From positions 91,947-155,946 of the forward strand of contig JBGARZ010000009.1 in assembly GCA_044229975.1 (NCBI GenBank): a stretch of 64,000 bases of DNA, written 5' to 3'. The position numbers were made by a program, and so were the translations under genes. Each line of letters begins with the position of its first letter. The stretch's first letter is position 1. Shown here in pieces: positions 51,554-62,385 of the stretch. Below the pieces are notes generated by a model. It was not told the origin of the DNA. It did not search any database and saw only the letters and a list, made by a program, of their open reading frames with translations. The DNA is from Polyangiales bacterium. Its GTDB lineage: Bacteria; Myxococcota_A; Polyangia; Polyangiales; Ga0077539.

Positions 51554-52476
51554 AGGTCCTCCTCACGGGCGTCGCGTCGCCGGTGGCGCAGGTCGTCGCG
51601 CACAAGCTCCTCGCCGAAGGTCACCAGGTCATCGGCGTCGACCGTCGCCCTTGGTTGGGCGCGCCGGCCAGCATCGAGATGCACGCCGTCGACATCCGCA
51701 AGCGCGCCGCCGAGGACATCTTCCGCAAGTCACGCCCCGAGGCCGTGGTGCACATGGCAACGGTCACGCACCTGCGCTTCCGCAGCGAGGAGCGCTACCG
51801 CATCAACCTCGGCGGCACCCGCGCGATCCTCGAATACGCGCAGCAGTATGGCGCCTCGCAGGCCATCTTCGTCGGACGCCACACCTACTACGGCGCCGGC
51901 GCCGACCACGCGCTCTACCACCAGGAGGACGATCCTCCGATGGCGGTGACGACCTTCCCCGAGCTCGCCGACCTCGTGGCCGCCGACCTCTACGCGTGCA
52001 CGTCGCTGTGGCGCGTTCCGACGCTCACCACGTCGGTGCTGCGCATGTGCTACGTGCTCGGCCCCACCGGGCAGGGGACGCTCGCCGCCTTCCTCAAGGG
52101 CAGGCGCGTGCCGGCCATCCTCGGCTACGACCCGCTCTACCAGTTCATGCACGAGGAGGACATCGCGACGGCCATCGTGAGCGCCCTCGACCACAAGCTG
52201 CGCGGGGTGTTCAACGTCACCGGGCCGCAGCCGCTCCCGCTCTCGGTGCTGGTGCGTGAGTGCGGGCGCGAGCGCGTGCCGATGCCGGAGCTGGCGTTCC
52301 TCGCGCTGACGGGGCGCTTCGGTCTGCCGAAGCTGCCGCCGGGCGCCGTCGCGCACATCAAGTACCCCGTGGTGGTCGACGGCCGCGCCTTCGCGAAGGC
52401 CACCGGCTTCCAGCACGCGCACGACGAGCTCGGTTGCATCGCGGACTTCCGCGCGGCCTATCCAGTGCCCCGCTGA
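51550..52476 (+). CDS. NAD-dependent epimerase/dehydratase (SDR family)
   Basis: 308 aa from the ATG at 51550, which overlaps the upstream TGA (ATGA coupling). [20 protein letters not shown] (Rossmann). The upstream 1.4 kb of track ORF 50122..52476 is noise. Confidence 0.8.
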   Translation: MKVLLTGVASPVAQVVAHKLLAEGHQVIGVDRRPWLGAPASIEMHAVDIRKRAAEDIFRKSRPEAVVHMATVTHLRFRSEERYRINLGGTRAILEYAQQYGASQAIFVGRHTYYGAGADHALYHQEDDPPMAVTTFPELADLVAADLYACTSLWRVPTLTTSVLRMCYVLGPTGQGTLAAFLKGRRVPAILGYDPLYQFMHEEDIATAIVSALDHKLRGVFNVTGPQPLPLSVLVRECGRERVPMPELAFLALTGRFGLPKLPPGAVAHIKYPVVVDGRAFAKATGFQHAHDELGCIADFRAAYPVPR

Positions 52477-52779
52477 AGCAGTGACAGCCTACGTCACACA
52501 CCCGTTGGACTCCGCGCCGCCGCGGGTGTGAGCTGACACCCATGAACAACGTGCGAGCGGTGCGTCTCGAAGTGTGGCGGCGTGGGGTGACGGTGACCGT
52601 GGCGCTGCGGGCGGTGGGCAGCGGCCGCGTGGTGTACCGCGCGTCGCGGCGCAGCGAGCGCGGCACCGAGGCGGCGGTGCTGGGCGCCGAGCGGTACTGC
52701 GTGGCGGAGGGCTGGGTGCTGGTGATGCCGCCGGCCAACGACGGCGCGGTCGACGCGGCCGACGTGGCGTAGCGACTGG

Positions 52780-53517
52780 TCAGCGCTTGGGGAGGCCGGG
52801 GAGCTCGATGCGCTCCCAGACTTCGAGCGGTAGGCGGACGTCGACCTCGGCGCCGTGCTCACGGCGCGAGGCCACGAGGCGCGTGTGCACGACGGTGGCG
52901 AGGTCGCGGCGGGCGCGCCAGCGCTTCTCGACGGCGGTGAAGCGGCGCTTCTCGTCGGGCGTGGTGGTGAACCCGCGCGAGCGCTTGCCCTGCTTGGCGC
53001 CGCGCACCAGGCGAAAGCTGCGCGCGGCCTCGCGCACCTCGGCGGCGGTCGCCCCGCGCACCACCAGCTTGCCGCCCGTCGGAAGCTGGAGCGTCGCGTC
53101 GAGGAGGTTGAGCGGCCGGTCGTCGGCCGGGACGGCGTCGACGAGGGCGAGGAGGGCGCTCGCCCGGTCGCGACCGAGGTCACGTTCGAGGTCGTGGGCG
53201 ATGCGATCGGAGAGCGAGATCATGGCGTCGACGGTGGACTCGGTGAGGTCGAGGTCGCGCGCACAGACGTCGTCGAAGTCGGCCCGCCCGAGGGCCTCGA
53301 ACATCCCTTCGCTCTTCAACACGCGCAGCGCCTCGCCGACGTCGAGGAAGTCGTCGGCCAGGGTCGCGCGACGCTTGCGGATGAGGGAGATCGCGGCGCG
53401 GCCCTTCTCGCGGAGGCGCTGCGAGCGGGGCTTCTGGACGGACTTCACCTTCGGGGCACCAACGGGCGCGGGCTTCTTCTTCGGGGCGGGAGACTTCGAC
53501 TGCTTCGCTCGTGCCAT
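52780..53517 (-). CDS. Hypothetical protein with Lys/Pro-rich histone-H1-like N-terminal tail
   Basis: 245 aa. MARAKQSKSPAPKKKPAPVGAPKVKSVQKPRSQRLREKG... followed by an Asp/Leu/Arg-rich helical body. Divergent from hcp. Confidence 0.5.
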   Translation of the reverse strand: MARAKQSKSPAPKKKPAPVGAPKVKSVQKPRSQRLREKGRAAISLIRKRRATLADDFLDVGEALRVLKSEGMFEALGRADFDDVCARDLDLTESTVDAMISLSDRIAHDLERDLGRDRASALLALVDAVPADDRPLNLLDATLQLPTGGKLVVRGATAAEVREAARSFRLVRGAKQGKRSRGFTTTPDEKRRFTAVEKRWRARRDLATVVHTRLVASRREHGAEVDVRLPLEVWERIELPGLPKR

Positions 53518-53823
53518 GCGGCGAGCTTACCGGAGAGCGTACGCGGGGGGGAAGCGCCTTCGCGCTTGCGAATACCTGACCGTGTATTCGAGGCGACGCC
53601 CGGCGCGACGTCGCGGTCGTGCGAAGGCGTTGGGACAACCGTCCAACGCCATGGCGTCGTGTCCAACCCTCGGGCGGGAAAGCTCAAAGAGGGTCGCGCC
53701 CGCAGCGACGACGGCTCCGAAGTCGCGACGTGTGTGCAGGGAGTCCAAACGGCGAAGGGCGATCCCAGACGCGAAACGCCGGTCATCGGCGAAGAATCGC
53801 CTTCGAGGCGATCTGCGCTGGTA

Positions 53824-53840
53824 CTGGCACGGACGCTGCT
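53824..53840 (+). promoter_or_regulatory. Candidate sigma-54 (-24/-12) promoter upstream of hcp
   Basis: cTGGCACGgacgCTGCTct. The GG and GC elements are spaced exactly as in the TGGCACG-N4-TTGCW consensus, with one mismatch in the -12 box. About 85 bp upstream of the hcp ATG. Confidence 0.55.
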
Positions 53841-53922
53841 CTAGCGTTCTGCGCCGAACGCAGCGGGCAGCAGGTGCCCAGCGATCGAAAAAACCCTCAC
53901 CCCACCTGCACGAGAGACCACC

Positions 53923-54414
53923 ATGGCCGAAACCGTACATCTCTATCTCAAGGCGAACGGCACCGAGATCAAGGGCGACAGCACGCAGACCAGCCTGGGT
54001 CGCGAGGGCTCCATCGAGTGCGTCTACTACGAGCAGGCCGTGAAGACCGCCCGCGAGTCGGGCTCGGCCCTCGCCACCGGCCGCCGCCAGTACGAGCCGC
54101 TGCTCATCCGCAAGCGCATCGACAAGGCGACCCCGCTCCTCGCCAAGGCCCTCTGCAACAACGAGGTCATCGAGGGCAAGTTCAAGTTCTTCCGCCCGAA
54201 CCCCAACGGCGACGGCACGACGGAGCAGTTCTTCACGGTCGAGATCAAGCAGGGCCGCATCAACTCGCAGAAGCAGATCGTGCCCGACACGATCGTCCCC
54301 GCCACCTCCACCGAGCCCCCCTTGGAGGAAGTGACCTTCGTGTACCACTCCATCAACTGGACGTACACCAACGGCGGCATCACCCACGAGGACACCTGGG
54401 ACGCCCAGCGCTGA
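53923..54414 (+). CDS. hcp: Hcp (TssD) type VI secretion system tube protein, orphan copy
   Basis: 163 aa. MAETVHLYLKANGTEIKGDSTQTSLGREGSIECVYYEQAV...KATPLLAKALCNNEVIEGKFKFFRPNP aligns to Hcp1 family (PF05638) signatures: N-terminal beta strand, K/SSP.L...C..G..I at the matching position, size about 160 aa. Confidence 0.7.
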   Translation: MAETVHLYLKANGTEIKGDSTQTSLGREGSIECVYYEQAVKTARESGSALATGRRQYEPLLIRKRIDKATPLLAKALCNNEVIEGKFKFFRPNPNGDGTTEQFFTVEIKQGRINSQKQIVPDTIVPATSTEPPLEEVTFVYHSINWTYTNGGITHEDTWDAQR

Positions 54415-54544
54415 TCGAGCGCTGACACCAGCCGACTCAACGCGCGGCCCCGCAGCACCGAAAGGCGCTGTCGGGGCCGTCGCCCATTTACGTCCCCAGC
54501 GATCGGTTTACACCGCGCTCCGCGACGGTCTAGCCTGCGGGCCG

Positions 54545-56221
54545 ATGCTCACCTTCAGCGATGATCCGCGCGCCGCCGAGCAGCAGATGCAGGCGATCAT
54601 CTGGTACCTCACGGCCATCGGGCACCTCGACGGGGACTTCGACGAGAGCGAGCGCGAGTACGTCCGCGACCACGTCGCGCAGCTCGTGATGCGCCGGGCC
54701 AACGCCGCCCTCGCCCACGACGCCGAGCTCCGCCACAGCGTGGTGGAGAAGTGGACGGGGCACTTCCACGAGATCGCCGACAGCGTGGCCGCCGAGGTCG
54801 GCGCGTACTTCACCGAGTCGGTCTCCGAAGGCGAAGACACCCACCAGTTCGTGACGGCGAAGCTCAAGCTCCGGTGCTTCGAGCTCTTCCAGCGCTTCGA
54901 CGCGCCGGGGCGCCGGCAGCTCATGACCGTGGCCGACGCGATGATCGAGGCCGACGGCGTGGTGCACCCGGCCGAAGCTGAGTTTCGCCGCGAGCTCGCC
55001 GCGCTCCTCGACGCGCCCGAAGAGCTTCCCGACATCGACGTCGAGCCCATCACCGACGGCATGACCCTCATCGAGGCCACCGAGGTTCGCGTCCCCCGAC
55101 AGGACGATCACCCCTTCCTGCAATCGTTCGAGCGCGACTGGGACCGTAATCCCTCAGCGTTCGCGACGCAGGCCGAGGCCGACCTGCGGCTCATCCAGGC
55201 CGTGCACGAGCGCCTCGACAAGATGCGCGTCGAGGGTCGCGGTCGCCTCGACGGCAAGAAGGACGTCGGCGAGTTCGCCGGGCAGGAGCCCTTCCTCGAC
55301 GGGCACGTCCACGTGCTGCCGCCGAAGCCCGGCGCGGAGTACGAGCTGCTGGTCATCGGCGACCTCCATGGTTGCTACTCGTGCCTCAAGGCCGCGCTGC
55401 TCCAGGCCGACTTCTTCGCGAAGGTCGAGGCCCACCGCAGCAATCCGACGAAGAACCCCGCGATGAAGCTGGTGCTCCTCGGCGACTACATCGACCGCGG
55501 GCGCTTCAGCTACAACGGCATCCTGCGGGCGGCCATGTCGCTGTTCCTCGTCGCGCCCGAGGACGTCTACATGCTGCGCGGCAACCACGAGTACTACGTC
55601 GAGCTCAACGGCCGCGTGCTCGCGCCGGTGCGGCCCGCCGAGGCGATGACGTCGCTCCAGGGCATCGCGACGCAGGAGGTGTTCGGCGCGTACATGAAGC
55701 TCTTCGAGGCGCTGCCCAACATGCTGCTCTTCGATCGCACCATCTTCGTGCACGCGGGCATCCCCCGCGATGACAGCTTCGCCGAGAAGTACAAAGACCT
55801 CTCGTCGCTCAACGACAACGACCTGCGCTTCCAGATGCTGTGGAGCGACCCGAGCACCTCCGACGTGGTGCCCGCCGAGCTCCAGAACGCCAACGCGCGC
55901 TTCCCCTTCGGCCGCAAGCAGTTCCAGCGCTTCATGAGCGCGCTCGGGCTGCGGACGATGGTGCGCGGCCACGAGCGCGTCATCGAAGGCTTCAAGAAGG
56001 TCTACGGCGAGGGCGACGCCATGCTGCTGAGCCTCTTCTCGGCGGGCGGCAAGACCAACGACGACCTGCCCGAGACCAGCAACTACCGCGAGGTCACGCC
56101 GATGGCGCTGACCATCCGCCACCGCCATGGCGTGAGCGAGGTGGTGCCCTTCGCCATCGACTACGCCCGGTACAACGACCCGAAGGTCAACCAGTTCTTC
56201 CAGACGCAGATCGCGGTCTGA
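54545..56221 (+). CDS. PPP-family Ser/Thr protein phosphatase (metallophosphoesterase) with N-terminal TerB-like domain
   Basis: 558 aa. C-terminal half has the PPP motifs GDLHGCY, GDYIDRG, GNHE and HAG. N-terminal ~150 aa has the TerB-like DGDFDESEREYV and a second D/E-rich repeat. Confidence 0.8.
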   Translation: MLTFSDDPRAAEQQMQAIIWYLTAIGHLDGDFDESEREYVRDHVAQLVMRRANAALAHDAELRHSVVEKWTGHFHEIADSVAAEVGAYFTESVSEGEDTHQFVTAKLKLRCFELFQRFDAPGRRQLMTVADAMIEADGVVHPAEAEFRRELAALLDAPEELPDIDVEPITDGMTLIEATEVRVPRQDDHPFLQSFERDWDRNPSAFATQAEADLRLIQAVHERLDKMRVEGRGRLDGKKDVGEFAGQEPFLDGHVHVLPPKPGAEYELLVIGDLHGCYSCLKAALLQADFFAKVEAHRSNPTKNPAMKLVLLGDYIDRGRFSYNGILRAAMSLFLVAPEDVYMLRGNHEYYVELNGRVLAPVRPAEAMTSLQGIATQEVFGAYMKLFEALPNMLLFDRTIFVHAGIPRDDSFAEKYKDLSSLNDNDLRFQMLWSDPSTSDVVPAELQNANARFPFGRKQFQRFMSALGLRTMVRGHERVIEGFKKVYGEGDAMLLSLFSAGGKTNDDLPETSNYREVTPMALTIRHRHGVSEVVPFAIDYARYNDPKVNQFFQTQIAV

Positions 56222-56283
56222 CCGTGGCCGCCGCGGGTTGAAAACCCACGGCAGCCGGGCGCGACGTCAAGACGACAGGGAGA

Positions 56284-58176
<1,893 letters not shown>

Positions 58177-58207
58177 TCAATCGGCGACGTCCGACCGACT
58201 GCCCATC

Positions 58208-59908
58208 TCACATGCAGCCGTAGAAGCCGCCGCCCTGGTTGCGGCAGAACGTCCCGCCCCGGCACAGCGCCCCGACGTTGGCCGCGTTGCACTGCTCGCA
58301 CCCGCCGGCGCGGCACACCTCGGAGCAGAAGGAGCCGCACGAGCCGCAGTTGTTGGGGTCGTTGGAGATCGCGGTCTCGCAGCCGTTGCCGACCTCGCCG
58401 TCGCAGTTGCCGAAGCCCGTGTCGCAGGTCCCGATCTCGCACACGCCGCTGCGGCACGCCGGCGTCGAGCGCGGGGGCCGGCAAGGGCTGTTGCAACCGC
58501 CGCAGTTGTTGATGTCGGTCTGGCGGTTGACCTCGCAGCCGTCAACCGGGCTGCCGTTGCAGTTCTCGAAGTTGGGCGCGCACGACCCGACGGCGCAGTG
58601 ACCCTCGTCGCAGACGTTGACCGCGTTGGCCAGGGAGCAGCGCACGTTGCAGCCGCCGCAGTTGTTCACCGAGGCGCCGGTGTTGACCTCGCAGCCGTTG
58701 GACTCGTTGCCGTCGCAGTTGGCCGAGTCGAGGTCGCAGCGAAGGATGTGGCAGGTGCCGCTCGTGCACGTCGCCGTCGCGCTGTCGAACTCGCACACGG
58801 TGCCGCAGGTGCCGCAGCTCGCCACGTTGCTGCTCGTCTGCACCTCGCAGCCGTTGGCCGCGTCGCCGTCGCAGTTGCTGAAGCCCGCCGTGCACGTCCC
58901 GAGCGAGCACACGGCGTCGCGGCACACGCCCGCCGCGTTGGCGTAGGTGCAGCGGGTCGGGCAGGTGCCGCAGTGGGTCGCGTCGGTGCGGAGGTTGACC
59001 TCGCAGCCGTTGCTCGGCTCACCGTCGCAGTCGGCGAAGCCCGCGTCGCACGACCCCACCGTGCACGCGCCCGCCGCGCACGCGCCCGTCGCGTTGGCCG
59101 GGGCGCAGCGGGTCCCGCACGCGTTGCAGTTGGCCGCGTCGGTGCGGGTGTTCACCTCGCAGCCGTTGGCCGCCATGCCGTCGCAGTCGGCGAAGCCGGC
59201 GGTGCAGCTCGCGACCGTGCACGCGCCCGCCGCGCACGCCCCCGTCGCGTTGGCCGGAGCGCACGCCATCCCGCAGCCGCCGCAGTGGCTGAGCGTCGTC
59301 GCGAGAACCGTCTCGCAGCCGTTGCTCGCCATGCCGTCGCAGTCGCCGAAGCCCGCGTTGCAGGTGCCCACCACGCACATCCCGCCGGCGCAGGCGGCGG
59401 TCGCGTTGGCCACGGTGCAGCGCGTCCCGCACGCGCCGCAGTTGTTCACGTCGGCGCGCGTCTCGACCTCACAGCCGTTGGACGCCGTCACGTCGCAGTC
59501 GGCGAAGCCCGCGTTGCAGGCGCCCATCGCGCACGCGCCCGCGGCGCAGATCGCCGTGGCGTTGGCGGAGATGCACGGCGCACAGCTCGCGGCCCCGCAG
59601 CCGGTCGACGGGTCGGTCAGCGCGACGCAGCGATCGCCGCACACCCGCTCGCCCGCGGCGCAGCGGAGGCAGGGGCCGCCGTCGAGCTGTGTTCCGCCGT
59701 CGCAGTTGTCGACGACCACGTCGACCGCGTCGATGGCCGGGACGTCGGGCGTGTCGAAGCCCACGTCGAAGCCCGCGTCGAAGCCGATGTCCGTCTCGAC
59801 CTGGACGTCGGCGGTGGCGGCGTCGGGCATCGCGGCGGGGTCGCTGCTGCACGCGGAGAGCGAAGCAAGGGTCGCGACGAGGGTGACCTGGAGGGCGCGT
59901 CGGTTCAT
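58208..59908 (-). CDS. Lipoprotein composed of about 12 tandem myxobacterial cysteine-rich repeats
   Basis: 566 aa from the ATG at 59908 (MNRRALQVTLVATLASLSACSS). Repeating unit is about 38 aa: CxxGFADCDGxxxNGCEVxxxxDxxNCGxCGxxCxxANAxxxCxxGxC. Confidence 0.7.
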   Translation of the reverse strand: MNRRALQVTLVATLASLSACSSDPAAMPDAATADVQVETDIGFDAGFDVGFDTPDVPAIDAVDVVVDNCDGGTQLDGGPCLRCAAGERVCGDRCVALTDPSTGCGAASCAPCISANATAICAAGACAMGACNAGFADCDVTASNGCEVETRADVNNCGACGTRCTVANATAACAGGMCVVGTCNAGFGDCDGMASNGCETVLATTLSHCGGCGMACAPANATGACAAGACTVASCTAGFADCDGMAANGCEVNTRTDAANCNACGTRCAPANATGACAAGACTVGSCDAGFADCDGEPSNGCEVNLRTDATHCGTCPTRCTYANAAGVCRDAVCSLGTCTAGFSNCDGDAANGCEVQTSSNVASCGTCGTVCEFDSATATCTSGTCHILRCDLDSANCDGNESNGCEVNTGASVNNCGGCNVRCSLANAVNVCDEGHCAVGSCAPNFENCNGSPVDGCEVNRQTDINNCGGCNSPCRPPRSTPACRSGVCEIGTCDTGFGNCDGEVGNGCETAISNDPNNCGSCGSFCSEVCRAGGCEQCNAANVGALCRGGTFCRNQGGGFYGCM

Positions 59909-59958
59909 GGCGACCGCGAGCCTATCCCGACCAGCGCACCAACCGGAACCCCTCAACA

Positions 59959-61896
59959 TCACGGCCTGCGCCGCGCCGCCTCCCGCGCCGCCGCTGCCGC
60001 ACCCTCCCGATCACCCAGCGACCGCAGATACTCCGACAGGTTGCGCCACGCCCTCGGGCGCTCGGGCTCCAGGTCGAGCGAGCGCCGCGTCATCACCACC
60101 GCCTCGCGCAGCCGCCCGGCCCGCGCCTCCGCCACCGCGAGGTTGGTCCAGGCCGCGGGGTGATCGGGCCACACGCCCAGCGCAGCCCGCCACAACGGAA
60201 CCGCCCGCTCCAGCGCCCCCCTCCCCTCGCGCGCCCCGGCGGCGAAGAGCGCGGTCGCACCGAGCCGCTGCGCGCCCACCCCGGCAACCTCCATCGGCGG
60301 CAGCCGCGGCAGCACCCAGCGCAGGGCCTCGCGGTCGATCGAAGCGTCCCCCACGGGCGCCCCGATGCGCGCGAACACCGGCGTCTCCCCGGCGCTCAAG
60401 CGCAGCCACGGAAACGCCCGCCCGTCGCCCTCCCAGCGCACACGATCGCCTGCTCGCTCCAGCAGCCAGCGCAGTCGCCCGTCCGCCGTCGACGGCGCTT
60501 CTTCCCTTCGCAGGAGGGAGCGCCGGGCGTCGATCCGTCGCCACGTCGTCGGCTGGTGCAGGTCGCCTTGCGGCAGCACCGTCACGTCGGGGCGTTCGCC
60601 TTCGACCCACTGCGCGTACATCGATCCGCCGCAGGCGTCGTCCGAGCCGCACAGCACCACGGCACGCGACGGAACCTCACCCAGCGCACCGGCACCACCG
60701 GGGATCTCGCTCGCCGCCCACCCGTCCGCCGCGCCCGACCAGTGCGCATCGACGCGCGCCAGCGTCGCGATCACGGCAGCGACAGCGACCACGAGCGAGA
60801 GCTCCGCGCGACGACGATCGGGGAGGCGCGTGAGCAGCGACCCGAGGGCCAGCGCGGCGAGCACCGCCATCCCTGCTTCGGTGACGAAGAGGGTCTGGCG
60901 GTCGGTGGTTCCCATGGGGTTGATGGCGACGGCGTAGGCGAGGTCGACGATGGTCACCGCGAGCAGCGGCCACGCCGCGCGACGACGCGCCGCAAGCGCA
61001 GCGCCGACGAGGGCGAGCAGCGACAGCGGGATGCCCAGGTCGTCGACGAGGACACGCAGCGCGGCGCCGAGGTCTTCGGGCAGGCGCCACGCCACCATGA
61101 TGCGATCCGCGTAGCTGGCGCGGATGGAGCGCGCGGTCAGGTGTTCGATGAAGCGCGCGGGCGTCTGCGGATCGCCCCAGTCGATGGGTCCATCGCGGAG
61201 GGAGGCGAGCGGGAGATAGGCCACCGTGAGGGCGCCCACGAAGGCGAAGGCTACGAGCGCGGCGACGGTTCGCGGGCGGCGGAGCGAGGGCCACGCGACG
61301 AGGCAGAGGGCGACGAGTGCGGCGGGTCGACTGGTGGTGTGGGTGGCGAGTGTGAGGCCGAGCGCGAGCGCGGCGAGGCGCGCACGAACGGGCGCGGGTG
61401 CAGCGCCTTCGGTGAGGGTGAGCGCCACGAGGCCGAGGAGGAGTGAGCCCGCATAGACCTCCATGGCGGTGGCCGCGCGCAGCACCGTGGACGAGGCCAT
61501 GAGCGCGGCGGCGGGGAGCGCCGAGACGGCGAGGCGAGCGGACGGAGCGAGGCTCGGGAGAAGACGGAAGGCGAGGACCGAGGCGCATCCGCACGCGAGG
61601 GCCATGAGGGCGGCGACGGCGAGGTTGGCGCGGAAGGCGAGGTCGCCGATGGGGACGAGCATCGCGAGGCGGACGACGAGGAGGTCGCCGGGGAAGCCGG
61701 TGGGGTGCGCGACGTCGAGGAGGAAGGAGGCGGCGGTGAGCTCACCGGCGTCGCGGAAGGCGACGGAGGGGGCGGCGCGGAGGGTGAACCAGAGCGCGGC
61801 GGGGATCGCGCCGAGGGCGAAGGCCCGCTGCGACACCCTACAGGGCGCAGTTGGTGAGGATGAGGTTGACGTCGGCCTCGATGACGCGCGAGTCAC
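59959..61896 (-). CDS. DUF2723-family polytopic membrane protein (glycosyltransferase-like) with C-terminal TPR repeats
   Basis: About 645 aa. N-terminus LGAIPAALWFTLRAAPSVAFRDAGELTAASFLLDVAHPTGFP matches the DUF2723 start; about 11 TM helices. C-terminus ERAVPLWRAALGVWPDHPAAWTNLAVAEARAGRLREAV is TPR-like. Start codon uncertain (GTG at 61896). Confidence 0.65.
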   Translation of the reverse strand: MTRASSRPTSTSSSPTAPCRVSQRAFALGAIPAALWFTLRAAPSVAFRDAGELTAASFLLDVAHPTGFPGDLLVVRLAMLVPIGDLAFRANLAVAALMALACGCASVLAFRLLPSLAPSARLAVSALPAAALMASSTVLRAATAMEVYAGSLLLGLVALTLTEGAAPAPVRARLAALALGLTLATHTTSRPAALVALCLVAWPSLRRPRTVAALVAFAFVGALTVAYLPLASLRDGPIDWGDPQTPARFIEHLTARSIRASYADRIMVAWRLPEDLGAALRVLVDDLGIPLSLLALVGAALAARRRAAWPLLAVTIVDLAYAVAINPMGTTDRQTLFVTEAGMAVLAALALGSLLTRLPDRRRAELSLVVAVAAVIATLARVDAHWSGAADGWAASEIPGGAGALGEVPSRAVVLCGSDDACGGSMYAQWVEGERPDVTVLPQGDLHQPTTWRRIDARRSLLRREEAPSTADGRLRWLLERAGDRVRWEGDGRAFPWLRLSAGETPVFARIGAPVGDASIDREALRWVLPRLPPMEVAGVGAQRLGATALFAAGAREGRGALERAVPLWRAALGVWPDHPAAWTNLAVAEARAGRLREAVVMTRRSLDLEPERPRAWRNLSEYLRSLGDREGAAAAAREAARRRP

Positions 61897-62335
61897 CGGT
61901 GGCGCGAACGCCCGTGCAACGGGTGACGACGTGCAGGCTGTCGCTGGTCGTGGTGGTGGTGTCGACGCAGGTTCCGCTGGCGGCGAAGGTGGTGGCGCCG
62001 ATGTCGAAGGTGGCCTGCGGGGACTCGCGGGCCTGGCCGAGCGCAGGGATCGGGATGCTCAGGTGGAGGTGCTTGAACTCATCGGCGCCTGGAGACTCGC
62101 GGGCGATGTCGACCTCCCAGCGGTTGGCCACCTGGATGCAGCTCCCGTTGAAGCCGGAGCCTGCTTCGAGGGTGGTCGAGCGGGCGCTGAAGTCGAAGCC
62201 CATCCGGGTGGGGGTCTGGCCGGCGATGGTCGAGGTCAGGATCGCCGTCCCCTGAGCGCTCAACGCATCGCTGGCACAACCAGAGAGCAGCGCCAGAGAG
62301 GCGGCGAGAAAGGTCGGGGCGGAGAAGTTCTTCAT
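61838..62335 (-). CDS. Hypothetical lipoprotein
   Basis: About 166 aa from the ATG at 62335 (MKNFSAPTFLAASLALLSGCAS), with GGAGAGG 9 nt upstream. 3' end overlaps the start of the DUF2723 gene. Confidence 0.5.
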   Translation of the reverse strand: MKNFSAPTFLAASLALLSGCASDALSAQGTAILTSTIAGQTPTRMGFDFSARSTTLEAGSGFNGSCIQVANRWEVDIARESPGADEFKHLHLSIPIPALGQARESPQATFDIGATTFAASGTCVDTTTTTSDSLHVVTRCTGVRATGDSRVIEADVNLILTNCAL

Positions 62336-62385
62336 GGGGTTCATCCTCTCCGTGAGCGCGAGGCACGGAGCGAGCCACTGTTGCG

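Noticed and set aside
50122-52476. 784-aa ORF spanning the lipoprotein, acyltransferase and epimerase genes
   Set aside because: Only the last 308 aa, from the ATG at 51550, is protein-like (SDR epimerase). The upstream part is an out-of-frame read-through of other genes.
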